A stretch of 64,000 nt of DNA, from contig DOTL01000006.1 in assembly GCA_003521145.1 (NCBI GenBank), positions 2,018 to 66,017 on the forward strand, read 5' to 3'. This document shows, in pieces, positions 63,623 to 64,000 of this stretch (its first letter is position 1; every line of letters starts with the position of its first letter). A program made the translations under genes and the position numbers. The notes beneath the pieces are model-generated. The model did not search any database. It saw only the letters and a list, made by a program, of their open reading frames with translations, and was not told the origin of the DNA. This stretch comes from Streptococcus sp. (lineage in GTDB: Bacteria > Bacillota > Bacilli > Lactobacillales > Streptococcaceae).

Positions 63623-64000
63623 TTAACCTCGATCACTTTCTCTTTGCGACTTGATAAAGAGTGCGAGCCCTGTTGCTACTACAGTATAAGCCAAAATAAA
63701 TAAGAGTGATTTCCATGAAAATTCCCCATTGATAGCAAAATTAACAACCAACTCATTGACATGATAGACAGGCGTCCACTCAGAAATGCTCTGAACCCAC
63801 TTTGGAAACATGGAAATAGGCATCCATGAACCACCCACAATAGCCAAGCCAAGGTAGGTGATATTTGCAACCACAGATATGATTTGTTGGGATTTAATCT
63901 GAGCGATAAGCAAGCCAAAGGCCAAAAAGATCAAGCTTGATAGAAGTAAGAGGGCACCTGAACCTAGCCAACCTGACAAAGGCAACTCAACATCTCGAAC
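63623..64000 (-). CDS. ABC-2 permease, paralogue of 55308-56045 (5' part outside the window)
   Basis: WLGSGALLLLSSL...GGSWMP...WTP...FSWKSL is shared with the 55308-56045 protein. Confidence 0.85.
   Translation of the reverse strand, partial: VRDVELPLSGWLGSGALLLLSSLIFLAFGLLIAQIKSQQIISVVANITYLGLAIVGGSWMPISMFPKWVQSISEWTPVYHVNELVVNFAINGEFSWKSLLFILAYTVVATGLALFIKSQRESDRG

Overview
Chromosomal window from a Streptococcus, most likely the salivarius group (salivarius/vestibularis/thermophilus); this is inferred from protein sequences and gene order. The first ~39 kb is mostly core genome (nrnA-like, apbE, rpmE2, srtA-gyrA, ldh, nox, a vitamin B6 salvage locus, pheST, smc-rnc, dapA-asd, two cls genes, uvrC). 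The last ~15 kb is a decaying accessory region with an IS30 scar, broken ABC genes, a DesK/DesR-type module, a KAS-III gene, and broken Hsp70/J-domain and cytidine deaminase genes. The main discovery candidate is an intact 7-gene operon at 39796-47096 that an annotator would probably call hutU/hutH plus an osmoprotectant ABC transporter. Its lyase lacks the MIO-forming Ala-Ser-Gly, its hydratase has a remodelled active site, it carries a DUF917 gene, and no hutI/hutG is present in the window. This fits uptake and three-step catabolism of ergothioneine (or a close derivative), predicted to release trimethylamine and sulfide. Other notable items are a ~110-nt hairpin between the Shine-Dalgarno and ATG of pheT, the asd/MarS sRNA, a csRNA-like sRNA, and three genes whose RBS points to a non-AUG codon. 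All family calls come from reading motifs by eye; no searches were run.
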